Source of the DNA: Candidatus Saccharimonadota bacterium
GTDB taxonomy: Bacteria; Pseudomonadota; Gammaproteobacteria; Johnevansiales; Johnevansiaceae
DNA length: 32,000 nt
Assembly: GCF_000300075.1 (NCBI RefSeq)
Contig: NC_018677.1
Span: forward strand, 210,001-242,000
Direction of reading: 5' to 3'
Below are positions 19,211-28,871 of this stretch, in pieces. A program made the position numbers and the translations under genes. The notes beneath the pieces were generated by a model. It did not search any database. It was not told the DNA's origin and was given only the letters and a program-made list of their open reading frames with translations. Within the stretch, counting starts at the first letter, position 1, and each line of letters starts with the position of its first letter.

Positions 19211-21622
19211 TCAAAAACGATAAACAATGTCATAACGGTCTTTTAAATAAGTTAATATATTATTTAAATTATTTTCAATTTCTGTATCAAAAAGAGTTCT
19301 ATAAGGATGTTGCCAAGTTAATCTTAAAGTAATACTATTGTAAAATTTAGAAAAATCAGCATACACATCAAATAATATTAGTTCTATCAAAAACTTTCCA
19401 GCTTTTATACGAATTTTCTTTATTACTTGAGATACAGACAAATCTTTTTGAATTAAAAAAGCTAAATCACGATTTATTACCGGAAAGCGTGATGCATTGT
19501 TAAACTTTTGTAACTTACCTTTAAGTAAATATGCTAAATCTAATTCAAAAATAAATATTTCAAATGGTAATCCAAAATAATAACAAATAGGAGGATTGAG
19601 TACGCCAATCCAACCTACTGTTTTATTGTTACGTAAAATTTTTGCGCTTTTACCTGAATGTAAAGTAGGATGTATAGCAGATTTAAAGTTCCAATTATTA
19701 AAATCACCACCTAATCTTATTAAAACTTCTAGATCTCCTTTTATATCAAAAAAATCTGTTTTATAATGATTTATATTCCAACCTCCGATATAACGAGTAC
19801 CCGTAAATATACCTCCTAGTTTTTCTACTTGTTTTACATTTGCTACATTTTTACCAAAAAACACTAAACCAAGTTCAAATAAAGCTATTCGTGTTTGTTG
19901 TCTATTAAAATTATAAATAAGAGCTTTGATTAAGCCTGGCCATAAACTAGACCTCATTACAGAAAAATCTTTTGAAATAGGGTTATTTAATATAGGTGTG
20001 TATATATTAGGTTGTAAGTATTTATGTAATTTAGGTGATATAAAGCTATAAGTAATTACTTCTTGATAACCACGATAAATTAATTGTGAATATATTTGAT
20101 CTTTAGTAAGAACTGATTCAGATACACTCTTATAATATGGTGGTACTTGTATTTTTGACTTACTACCTCTACCTAATGCTAACATCTTGTTATTATATCC
20201 ATAAATACGTGCTACTTCCTCTATTAAATCTTCTTGAGTAGATACATCAAACCGCCAACTAGGGCTTATAACACTCCAAATTTTAATATTTTTTTTTATT
20301 ATATTAAAACCTAACCTATTTAAAATATCCTCTATTTCATTTTTTTTTATATGGTAACCAAGTATTTTTTTTATACTACAAACTTTTAAATTAATAATAC
20401 TGTTGTTTTGTAAATATGATTGAACTGCTATATTACTTAACTTACTTAACGTACTTTTACTACCAGCAATACAAATTAAAAGGTTAGAAATACGTTCTAA
20501 GGCAACATTTTGTAATTTACTGTCTACACCACGTTCATAACGGTATGCAAAATCTGTATATAATCCATAATAACTGGCTTTACCCGCTATAATTGAAGGA
20601 GTAAAAAAAGCAGATAATAATAATATATTTTTAGTATTTTTATTGATTTTAGTGCGGTTACTACCTATTATTCCTGCAATATTTAAAGGACCTATGTCAT
20701 CTGCAATTATTAATGTGTCTTCTTTTAGTTTAAGAAACTTTCCATTAACTAATGCTATGTATTCGTTTTTTTTTGCCATACGAACTGTTATTTTTCCTTG
20801 AATATTCTTTAAATCATAACAATGAATAGGTTGGCCAACCTCTAACATAACATAATTGATAAGATCAACAATAAAGTCTACAGAATCAACACCGCTCATC
20901 TGAAGCCGTTCATATATCCACCAAGGTGTTTGTGTATTTACATTAATAGCTTCAATTACTCTACTACATAGTTTTGGACAAAATTTTGGTACTGAATTCG
21001 TAATTGAATAATAAAATTTCCTTGTGTGTTTTTTTTTGACTTGACCTGTATTTATTATATGACTCTCAGTTAAGTTATTAATTACACTTAATTCTCTTGC
21101 TATACCTCTTATACTAAAACAATCACTACGATTAGGTAAAGTTTCTATATCAATTACATTGTTTAACTTTCCGACATCAAAACCTATTGGAGCATCATTT
21201 GGAAAAAAAATAATAGCTTTATCAATATTGTTTTTGTTTGCTACACCTATCAACTTTATTTCTGAATATTTACAAACTATTCCCCAAGATTCTATACCAT
21301 AAAAATCTTTATTTAAAATCTTTACATTGTTAGGTAATAATGTTCCTATTTTAGCAAAAGCTATTTTTTGATTTACTGAAACATCCTTGTCCTTTGTGCT
21401 ACATATTGCTTGCCAAAATTGTTTCCCATCTTCAATAATACACAAATTTAACGTATCTGTATAATTAATAATTTTTTTTATACAAGATATAACCACACCA
21501 TTAACTTCTTTATTAACTATATATGATGATTTTAAACCCAACATAGTTATTTGATCTGCAACAAACTTAGAACTATTTTTTAATGTAACCCATTCCTGTA
21601 TCCACTTTTCAGAAACTTTCAT
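19211..21622 (-). CDS. pheT: Phenylalanine--tRNA ligase beta subunit
   Basis: 803 aa. It has an N-terminal tRNA-binding domain (MKVSEKWIQEWV...) and B3/4, B5 and FDX-ACB-like regions. It lies 11 nt downstream of pheS. Confidence 0.95.
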   Translation of the reverse strand: MKVSEKWIQEWVTLKNSSKFVADQITMLGLKSSYIVNKEVNGVVISCIKKIINYTDTLNLCIIEDGKQFWQAICSTKDKDVSVNQKIAFAKIGTLLPNNVKILNKDFYGIESWGIVCKYSEIKLIGVANKNNIDKAIIFFPNDAPIGFDVGKLNNVIDIETLPNRSDCFSIRGIARELSVINNLTESHIINTGQVKKKHTRKFYYSITNSVPKFCPKLCSRVIEAINVNTQTPWWIYERLQMSGVDSVDFIVDLINYVMLEVGQPIHCYDLKNIQGKITVRMAKKNEYIALVNGKFLKLKEDTLIIADDIGPLNIAGIIGSNRTKINKNTKNILLLSAFFTPSIIAGKASYYGLYTDFAYRYERGVDSKLQNVALERISNLLICIAGSKSTLSKLSNIAVQSYLQNNSIINLKVCSIKKILGYHIKKNEIEDILNRLGFNIIKKNIKIWSVISPSWRFDVSTQEDLIEEVARIYGYNNKMLALGRGSKSKIQVPPYYKSVSESVLTKDQIYSQLIYRGYQEVITYSFISPKLHKYLQPNIYTPILNNPISKDFSVMRSSLWPGLIKALIYNFNRQQTRIALFELGLVFFGKNVANVKQVEKLGGIFTGTRYIGGWNINHYKTDFFDIKGDLEVLIRLGGDFNNWNFKSAIHPTLHSGKSAKILRNNKTVGWIGVLNPPICYYFGLPFEIFIFELDLAYLLKGKLQKFNNASRFPVINRDLAFLIQKDLSVSQVIKKIRIKAGKFLIELILFDVYADFSKFYNSITLRLTWQHPYRTLFDTEIENNLNNILTYLKDRYDIVYRF

Positions 21623-21633
21623 AATCTTTTAAC

Positions 21634-22623
21634 TTAAATTTGACGTAAAATCCTGATATCATTATTAAACAATGTACGTAAATCTTTTATTCCATAGCGT
21701 ATCATAGTTAATCTTTCTGCTCCTATACCAAAAGCAAAACCCGTATATTTAGGATTTATTTTTAAACGTTTTAAAATGTTAGGCTTCATCATACCACATC
21801 CTACAACTTCCAACCAATCATTCGAAGATTTTATACGAACATCTATCTCTGCCGAAGGCTCTGTAAAAGGAAAATATGAAGGTCTAAATCTTACTTCTAT
21901 TTTTTGTCCTTCAAAAAACACTTTTATTAAAATCTCAATAGTTCGTTTAAGATCAGAAAAACTAACAACTTCGTCAACTACTAACCCTTCAATTTGATTA
22001 AACATAGGGCTATGATTCAAATCTGAATCACAACGATAAACTTTTCCTGCACTTATTACTTTAAAAGGAGGATTGTGTTTTTCAATAGTTCTTATTAACA
22101 TAGAAGAGGTGTGACTGCGTAACATATACTTATCGTTAAAATAAAAAGTATCATGCATTGCTCTAGCAGGGTGATTTATAGGCATATTTAAGGCTTCAAA
22201 ATTATGGAACTCATCTTCTATTTCTGGCCCATTCACAATAGTATAACCAATATTACTAAATATTTTTTTTATTTTATATAATGTATGTGTTATAGGATGC
22301 AACTTTCCAATATGTTCCCCGAATCGACCTGGTAATGTAACATCAATCTTTTCTTTTGCTATTTTATTTTTTATTGTTTTTTTATTAAATAATGCATTAT
22401 GTTGTTTTAACTTTTTATATAAAGCTTTTTTAGTTTTATTAATTGCGTCTCCAATTACTGGTTTGTCATATGAATTTAATTGCTTAATATATTTTAATTG
22501 TATTGTTAACTTACCTTTCTTACCAAAATATCTTATACGAATTTCCTCTAGTTTTTTTATATTCTTAGCTGCTTTAATTTTTTTTTCTGCTTCTTCTACT
22601 AATTTTATGATCGTATAATACAT
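21634..22623 (-). CDS. pheS: Phenylalanine--tRNA ligase alpha subunit
   Basis: 329 aa with class II motifs: HPARAMHDTFY, RSHTS, VYRCDSDLNHSPMFNQIEG, FRPSYFPFTEPSAE and GFAFGIGAERL. It starts 2 nt after the rplT stop, so there is no room for a pheM-type leader. Confidence 0.95.
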   Translation of the reverse strand: MYYTIIKLVEEAEKKIKAAKNIKKLEEIRIRYFGKKGKLTIQLKYIKQLNSYDKPVIGDAINKTKKALYKKLKQHNALFNKKTIKNKIAKEKIDVTLPGRFGEHIGKLHPITHTLYKIKKIFSNIGYTIVNGPEIEDEFHNFEALNMPINHPARAMHDTFYFNDKYMLRSHTSSMLIRTIEKHNPPFKVISAGKVYRCDSDLNHSPMFNQIEGLVVDEVVSFSDLKRTIEILIKVFFEGQKIEVRFRPSYFPFTEPSAEIDVRIKSSNDWLEVVGCGMMKPNILKRLKINPKYTGFAFGIGAERLTMIRYGIKDLRTLFNNDIRILRQI

Positions 22624-22625
22624 TT

Positions 22626-22973
22626 TTATTCCATGTTTTCTTTTATTATATTATAAATACATTTGTTGTTTCTTATTGCAAAATCAGCTAGTATTTTTCG
22701 ATTTATCTTGATCTTATATTTCTTCATTACAAAAATTAACTTACTATACTTCATACCAGAACTTCTAGCCGCCGCATTTATGCGCATAATCCATAAACTT
22801 CTAAATTGCCGTTTACGTTGACGCCTATCTCTATAAGCATATTGTTTTGCTTTTATTACTGCTTGTTTAGCAACTCTGTATACTCTAGACCTTGCTCCAT
22901 AATATCCTTTAGCCTGCTTAATAATTTTTTTATGATGTTTGTTTGCAACAACACCACGCTTTACACGAGCCAT
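22626..22973 (-). CDS. rplT: 50S ribosomal protein L20
   Basis: [39 protein letters not shown]...[30 protein letters not shown] lies about 9 nt upstream of the ATG. Confidence 0.95.
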   Translation of the reverse strand: MARVKRGVVANKHHKKIIKQAKGYYGARSRVYRVAKQAVIKAKQYAYRDRRQRKRQFRSLWIMRINAAARSSGMKYSKLIFVMKKYKIKINRKILADFAIRNNKCIYNIIKENME

Positions 22974-22997
22974 TATTTTTTTTCTCCAATCTTTTAC

Positions 22998-23189
22998 TTA
23001 AACTGGTAACATACTTTTTATTCTTTTTATATTACACACTTTTACCATGCATATTTTACGTAGTTTTCGTTTCCGTTTTGATGACTTTTTTGTTAATATA
23101 TGATTACGAAAAGAATGACGATATTTTATTTTGTTATAACATTTACGGAACCGTTTAGAGGCTCCACTATTATTTTTTAATTTATACAT
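22998..23189 (-). CDS. rpmI: 50S ribosomal protein L35
   Basis: 63 aa, strongly basic. It has the L35 pattern K.K..SGASKRF......IK......[14 protein letters not shown] and lies between infC and rplT. Confidence 0.9.
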   Translation of the reverse strand: MYKLKNNSGASKRFRKCYNKIKYRHSFRNHILTKKSSKRKRKLRKICMVKVCNIKRIKSMLPV

Positions 23190-23197
23190 ATTTAAAC

Positions 23198-23743
23198 CTA
23201 ATTGTGTTTTTTTGGTGTAATCATCATTGTCATTTGTTTACCTTCCATTTTTTGTTTAGATTCTACCATTATTAAATCTTTTAAATCGATTAAAATACGT
23301 TCCATTAATTTTTTTCCTAATTCTTTATGTGCGATTTCTCGTCCTCTAAAACGTATTGTAACTTTACTACGATCTCCTTCCTCTATAAACCGCATTAAAC
23401 TTTTTATTTTTACTTTATAATCACTTTCAGACGTGACCGGTCTAAATTTTATTTCTTTAACATTATTTTTTTTTTGTGCAGATCTTTGTTTTTTTTTTTC
23501 AAATACAAATTTTCCATAATCCATAATTTTACATACTATGTAATCAGAACTCTTATAAATTTGCACTAAATCTAAACCTGATTCTTCTGCTTTGTTTCTA
23601 GCTTCATTTATAGATACTATACCTAATTGTTCACCTTCTTTACCAATCAAACGTACTTTAGTAGCACTTATATTTCTATTTATAGGGGCTTCTTTTAATC
23701 GATTAGTTTTATTTATTTTACGTCTCCGTAGATTATATTTAAT
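23198..23743 (-). CDS. infC: Translation initiation factor IF-3, probable AUU start
   Basis: The core sequence is [28 protein letters not shown]...LDLVQI...[10 protein letters not shown]...IKEIKFRP...DYKVK...[18 protein letters not shown]. The conserved INRNI..VRLIG block lies upstream of the TTG used by the ORF track. The frame is open to a TAA at 23786-23788 and has no in-frame ATG. ATT at 23743-23741 gives 181 aa, matching the length of E. coli IF3. The exact start is uncertain; in-frame ATA codons at 23749 and 23716 are alternatives. Confidence 0.85.
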   Translation of the reverse strand: MKYNLRRRKINKTNRLKEAPINRNISATKVRLIGKEGEQLGIVSINEARNKAEESGLDLVQIYKSSDYIVCKIMDYGKFVFEKKKQRSAQKKNNVKEIKFRPVTSESDYKVKIKSLMRFIEEGDRSKVTIRFRGREIAHKELGKKLMERILIDLKDLIMVESKQKMEGKQMTMMITPKKHN

Positions 23744-23821
23744 TTTTATATTTAAATTATAACAAAGTTTGTTATAAAAGATATATTAACTTATATTATA
23801 AATAGTACAATTTAATTTGTT

Positions 23822-25503
23822 ATGAAAAACATACCTAATTTAGATAAAAACTTTATACATAGAGCTTGGGCATTAATTAAGCCTTATTGGTGTTCTGATG
23901 AACGTTGGATTGCTTTGAGCTTACTTTCAATTTTAAGTGTTATTGGCAGTATATGGTTTAATAGTTTGAATAATGATTTAAATCATGCACTTCAAAAATT
24001 TGAAAAACAAAGAGTTTTGGCATTTAAACATGCAATTTGTTTTTATTGCTTCATTTATGCTTCTTTTATCTATTTATAGGTATTATTTTACTAACTTATT
24101 AACATTAAGATGGAGAATATGGTTAACGAAGCTTAACTTAAATTTATGGATATCATCTAAGACGGTTTATAAGTTAGACCTAAATAATAATACTGATAAA
24201 CGTATTACTGAAGATATTGATAGATAAACTAGTGCTACTTTAAAATTATTAATTAGTTTACTTACCTCATGAATTACACTTCTTAGTTTTATAAGTATTT
24301 TATGTTACGTATCAGGGATAATAAACATTGTAATTAATATACAGGCACGTGCATATTTTGTATGGATTGCAATATTATATTCTGTTATAAGTCAGTTTTT
24401 TTTTCAGTTTATTGGACAAAAAATAAGAAAAATTAATATTATACAACCTTTATTAGAAGCAAATATGCGTTATGAAATGACTAGAATAAGAGAAAACAGT
24501 TAAAGTATTAATTTATTAAAAAATAATATTAGGGATATGAAACAAAAAAAGATCAAAATTTTTAAATAATTGTTTTTAAATAATTCGTAAACAAAAACGC
24601 TTAATATGTTAAAAGTCTGGCTTAAATCAACTTTCAATAATATTTCATATGCTAACTGCTGCTCAAGTTTATTTTAAATATAGTAATAACATTGGAACAT
24701 TCATTCAAATATCAAATGCTTTTAGTCAAGTACAAGGAGCTTTAATTTTGTTTACTAATAGTTAGTTTGAACTTACGAAATGGAAAACCGTAATTGATAG
24801 ATTGACTTGATTTATAATTGAAATTAATAATATAAGAAATACTTCAAATATTCACCGTAAACTTATATTATCTGAAAATACAGATGTTTATATAAAAACC
24901 GCTAAAATTAAATTACCTAAAGGAAAAAAAAAATATATATTTCTAATTTTGTTATAAGAAAAGGAGAACATACATTAATAACAGCACATTTAGGTGTTGG
25001 AACAAGTATTTTTTTTATACTTTATCTGGTGTTGTTGGTTGTTGGTTGTTGGTGTTTTGTGGCAGTGAATTATTAATATGCCAACTTCTACTTTATTTTT
25101 AATAGAAAAACCGTATTTAGCTATTGATTCTTTAAGACAAGTTATAGCATATCCAAATAAGGTAAAATATTCTTCTCAAAAAAACATGGAATTAATATTT
25201 AAATTATGTAAAATGGATACATTAATCAATGAACTTGATTGTGTTTGTAATTGGGCACAAATATTTTCTGGAAGAGAGCAACAAATAATTTATTTTGCAA
25301 GAGCTTTAATTAGTAAACCAAAATTGAAATTTTTTGATAGAGCCAGTTCATTTTTAGATATAGAAATTGAACAATATCTTTATGATGTATTAATCAATTA
25401 TTTACCTACTACTACTTTAGTTATTTTTTCTCACAAACGTAGTGATTATAAATTTCATGTAAGGATTGTAGATTTAAGAACTTTAAACCAATATGCGCGC
25501 TAG
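23822..25503 (+). pseudogene. YddA/SbmA-BacA-type ABC transporter (fused TMD-NBD) pseudogene
   Basis: Family-like blocks (NNNTDKRITEDI, compare NPDQRI.ED; EANMRYEMTRIRENS; SNAFSQVQGAL; WKTVIDRLT) are spread over at least three frames. They are interrupted by in-frame TAA (24225, about 24499), TGA (about 24270, about 24809) and TAG (about 24763). Walker A has decayed to ITAHLGVGTS (lysine lost), the signature to FSGREQQ, and Walker B to FFDRAS (the D-E pair lost). The last 141-aa ORF (25078-25503) is only the decayed NBD tail. Confidence 0.8.
25031..25051 (+). repeat. (GTTGTTG)3 heptanucleotide repeat inside the ABC pseudogene
   Basis: Read directly: gttgttg gttgttg gttgttg, flanked by partial copies (ggt before, gtg after). 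It sits between the decayed Walker A region and the downstream LFLIEKPY block. Confidence 0.9.
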
Positions 25504-27178
25504 TAATTTATTGATTTTAACATCAAAAGAAATACCATCAAAAGCTGAATTTATTAGTCATAAATTAATGCTACGTTCAGGTATGATTAGAAGTTTAGCT
25601 TCTGGAATTTATACTTGGTTACCTATTGGCATAAGAGTTTTAAAAAATTTTAAGAAGCTAGTACGCAAGGAAATGGACTTTATTTGTGCTAATGAAGTAC
25701 TTATGTCGTCTATACAACCTATAGAGTTATGGAAAGAATCTAACAGGTATAAACAATATGGCCCTGAACTATTAAGATTTAAAGATCGTAAGAAACGAGA
25801 ATTCTGTTTATGTCCAACTAATGAAGAAGTTATTACTGATTTAATACGTCGTGAAATTCTTTCTTATAAGCACTTACCTTTAATATTATATCAAATTACA
25901 ACTAAATTTCGTGATGAACTTAGACCTCGTTTTGGTTTAATTAGGGCGCGTGAATTCATTATGAAAGATGCTTATTCATTCCATATTAATAATTCATGTT
26001 TAGATAATACATATAACATTATGTATGATGCTTATAATCGGATTTTAAACAGTTGTTGTGTTGATTATCGGTCAGTCATTGCAGAAAATGGTACAATAGG
26101 TGGTTTTTGTTCTCATGAATTTCATATTTTAGCATCGTCAGGAGAAGATAAATTAGTTCTTTCTAATAACTCTAAATATGCTGCAAATAATGTAATAGCT
26201 GAAGCTTTATCAAGAAATAAAAAAAATTATATTACTAAATCATCCTTAACCATAATTGATTTAAAACGGTTTAACAAGTTTTATATAAAAACTAAAGTAA
26301 AAATGTTAATTGTAAGTTGTAAAAGAAATAAGTTACTAGCTTTATTACTAGTTAATAATCATAAACTTAATAACATTAAATTTGAGAAACATTTTGAACT
26401 ATCTAAACCTTTAAAGCTATTAACAAATGAAGACATATTAAATGTAATAGGAGAGCACATAAACTTTTTAGGACCTATTGGTTTAAATTTACCTATTGTT
26501 GTTGATAAATGTGTATCTCTTATCTGTGATTTTACTGCAGGTGCTAATCAAAATAATAAAGTATATGTAGGAATAAATTGGAATAATGATTTACCTTTAC
26601 CAAATATTGTTGACCTTAGACATGTTTTGGCTGGAGAATATTCCCCAGATTGCGTTGGAAAGTTATTAATAAAACGAAGTATCGAAGTTGGCCATATTTT
26701 TAAATTAGGTACAAAATATTCTAATGTAATGAATGCAAAATTTATGAGTTCAATAGGTATAAACAAACCGTTCGTTATGGGATGTTATGGAATTGGTTTA
26801 ACAAGAATAATCGCTGCTACAATTGAAAATAATAATGATAAATATGGTATTGTTTGGCCAGAAAAATTAGCGCCTTTTGAAATCGTTTTAATTCCAATTA
26901 ATTCACATAAAACTAAAGAAGTAATTGATCTTTCAGAAAAACTTTATACATGTTTAATTAAAGCTCAGTTTGATGTATTATTAGATGATAGAGATATTAG
27001 ATTAGGCCATAAACTTACAGAATGGGAACTTATTGGAATACCTCATCGTATTTTTATAAGTGAACGTAATAAACCTAAAATAGAATATAATAATCGTAAA
27101 AATAAAAAATCGATTTTTATAAATCCAGATGATTTAATACACTTTTTAACTTCAAAAAACATTTTTAATTTCTTTTAA
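25493..27178 (+). CDS. proS: Proline--tRNA ligase (bacterial type with INS editing domain)
   Basis: 561 aa with MRASNLLILTSKEIPSKAEFISHKLMLRSGMIR, class II motifs (FRDELRPRFGLIRAREFIMKDAYSFH; GCYGIGLTRII) and a C-terminal anticodon-binding domain. Confidence 0.95.
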   Translation: MRASNLLILTSKEIPSKAEFISHKLMLRSGMIRSLASGIYTWLPIGIRVLKNFKKLVRKEMDFICANEVLMSSIQPIELWKESNRYKQYGPELLRFKDRKKREFCLCPTNEEVITDLIRREILSYKHLPLILYQITTKFRDELRPRFGLIRAREFIMKDAYSFHINNSCLDNTYNIMYDAYNRILNSCCVDYRSVIAENGTIGGFCSHEFHILASSGEDKLVLSNNSKYAANNVIAEALSRNKKNYITKSSLTIIDLKRFNKFYIKTKVKMLIVSCKRNKLLALLLVNNHKLNNIKFEKHFELSKPLKLLTNEDILNVIGEHINFLGPIGLNLPIVVDKCVSLICDFTAGANQNNKVYVGINWNNDLPLPNIVDLRHVLAGEYSPDCVGKLLIKRSIEVGHIFKLGTKYSNVMNAKFMSSIGINKPFVMGCYGIGLTRIIAATIENNNDKYGIVWPEKLAPFEIVLIPINSHKTKEVIDLSEKLYTCLIKAQFDVLLDDRDIRLGHKLTEWELIGIPHRIFISERNKPKIEYNNRKNKKSIFINPDDLIHFLTSKNIFNFF

Positions 27179-28428
27179 CTTTCAACGACTTTTTTTTTTT
27201 ATGTTTATATTTAAACTCGCTAATTTATACTTTTTTACTTACCTGTTCCTTCTTTTCTGTTCTTTCTTTTTTTTTATACATCTACTAATAACAACCTGAC
27301 TATATTGCACTTATATAACATATTTCTATGTATAATTTTGTTTTTTATGATTTTAATAACTTATTAAGAAATGTTTTAAATCTATTTTGTTATGCTATAT
27401 TTCTTATACTATAAAATTAGATGTTGTATTATATTAGATCTTCTTTTATATATTTTGGTGGTTAGTAGTTATTGTTTTATGCCTTATGTTTATGCTTTAT
27501 ATTAAATTATCTGCCTTATGTTAGTTATTGTTTTATGTTCTGTGCGGTTATGTTTAAAACTTTTTTATGCTTTTGGTACTTTTTTGCTGTGTGTTATTTT
27601 TATTTGTGTTTTATTTGTAATATTTCTTTTTTTTTACTCTTTTAATTTGTTGTATTTAGTGTCCTGTTTTATTTTGTGTGTTTTAAATGTTTTATGATTT
27701 TTGTGCATTTTTTCTAGTTACTTTTATTTTTATTTGTAATTTTTTTGTTAACTTTTTTACTATTAGTTTTTATGTTTTTAACTAAATTCTGTTTTTGTTA
27801 TGCTTTTTAAACTTAAATTTTGTTATAGTATAGTTGTTTTGGATGATGTTAATGTACTTTATATATATTTATTTTGTTGTGTATTGTTTTGTATTTATTT
27901 TCTTTGTGATATCTTTTGTTTTGTAGTTTTAAATTAATATTAAATTTTTAGCTATTGTGATATACTTTTTATCAACTTTTTATGTGAATTATATATGATG
28001 TATTTTTCATTTGTTTTTAGTGTTGTATTATACTCAATATTTAGGTTTAACATGGATTATGTGTTATGTGATTATTTGTTGAGTATTGTTATTTGTTAAT
28101 ATAGTAAATAAATTACAGCTGTTTTGTGTTATAAGTATTGTGTAAAATAGATATTATGTTATTGGGTAAATGTAAGCGTAATTTGTGTAAATAGTGTTGT
28201 GTGGATATGTGTAATTTGTTTAGTAAAGTGTTAAAGGAGTTGTGATTAGAGTTTGTTGTTAGGGGTAGTATATCTTGTATTATATCTATTGTATGTTGTA
28301 GGATAAATGGTTAGAGAAAGTGGTAAATTAGTAGGTTTGTGTAAGCAGTTTGTGTTGGAGCTTAAAAAGAATAAAAATGTTTGTTAATAATGTTTGATAT
28401 AAAAAAAAAGCAAAAGGCATAAATAAAA
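27179..28428 (-). other. Strand-skewed gene-free spacer S4 (proS to aroQ, convergent genes), G-poor on the minus strand
   Basis: The + strand is T/C-rich from 27179 to about 27330, then T/G-rich and C-poor to 28428. Read in the aroQ sense this gives an A/C-rich segment followed by an A/G-rich segment. There are no ORFs. A local duplication with a period of about 56 nt is present (tagttattgttttatg at 27466-27481 and 27522-27537; gccttatgt at 27481-27489 and 27513-27521). Confidence 0.8.
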
Positions 28429-28857
28429 TTACGATTTAATCAAATAGTTTAATGCAGAAATATAACCATAAACACCCAGGCCAGATATAATTGCATTAGC
28501 TCGTTTAGAAATAAAAGAAGTATGACGAAAAACTTCACGATTATAAATGTTAGAAATATGAACTTCTATTATTAAACCATTAAAAAGCGTTAATGCATCT
28601 AATATAGGAATACTAGTATGAGAATATGCCCCTGCATTTATAATAATAGAATTACAATTAATATAGTAAGCTCTGTGAACAATGTCGATTATATACCCCT
28701 CATGATTAGATTGATAACATTCTAAGTTTACGTTAAATCTTTTTGCTTTTTTTATCATAAATCTTTCTATATCTTGTAATGTATTATATCCGTATATATT
28801 AGTTTGTCTTTTTCCTAAATAATTTAAGTTAGGTCCGTTTATTAAAAATATTTTCAT
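28429..28857 (-). CDS. aroQ: 3-dehydroquinate dehydratase, type II
   Basis: 142 aa with the type II DHQase pattern: ILINGPNLNYLGKR...YG, QSNHEGYIID, INAGAYSHTSIPILDAL and EVHISNIY.RE.FRH.S. Confidence 0.9.
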   Translation of the reverse strand: MKIFLINGPNLNYLGKRQTNIYGYNTLQDIERFMIKKAKRFNVNLECYQSNHEGYIIDIVHRAYYINCNSIIINAGAYSHTSIPILDALTLFNGLIIEVHISNIYNREVFRHTSFISKRANAIISGLGVYGYISALNYLIKS

Positions 28858-28871
28858 AACTTTTTTATACC

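Noticed and set aside
23744-23821. Possible divergent promoters (TATAAT-like strings) between infC and the ABC pseudogene, and similar -10-like hexamers in other gaps.
   Set aside because: At this AT content, TATAAT-like hexamers occur almost everywhere and I could not pair them with convincing -35 elements. They cannot be supported from sequence alone.
23822-25503. The in-frame TGA codons in the ABC transporter remnant as evidence for UGA=Trp recoding, which is seen in some tiny symbiont genomes.
   Set aside because: The same gene also carries in-frame TAA and TAG codons and frameshifts. The TGAs fall where Gly or aliphatic residues are expected, not Trp. All long essential genes (carB 1074-1079 aa, pheT 803 aa, infB 763 aa) are uninterrupted under the standard code.
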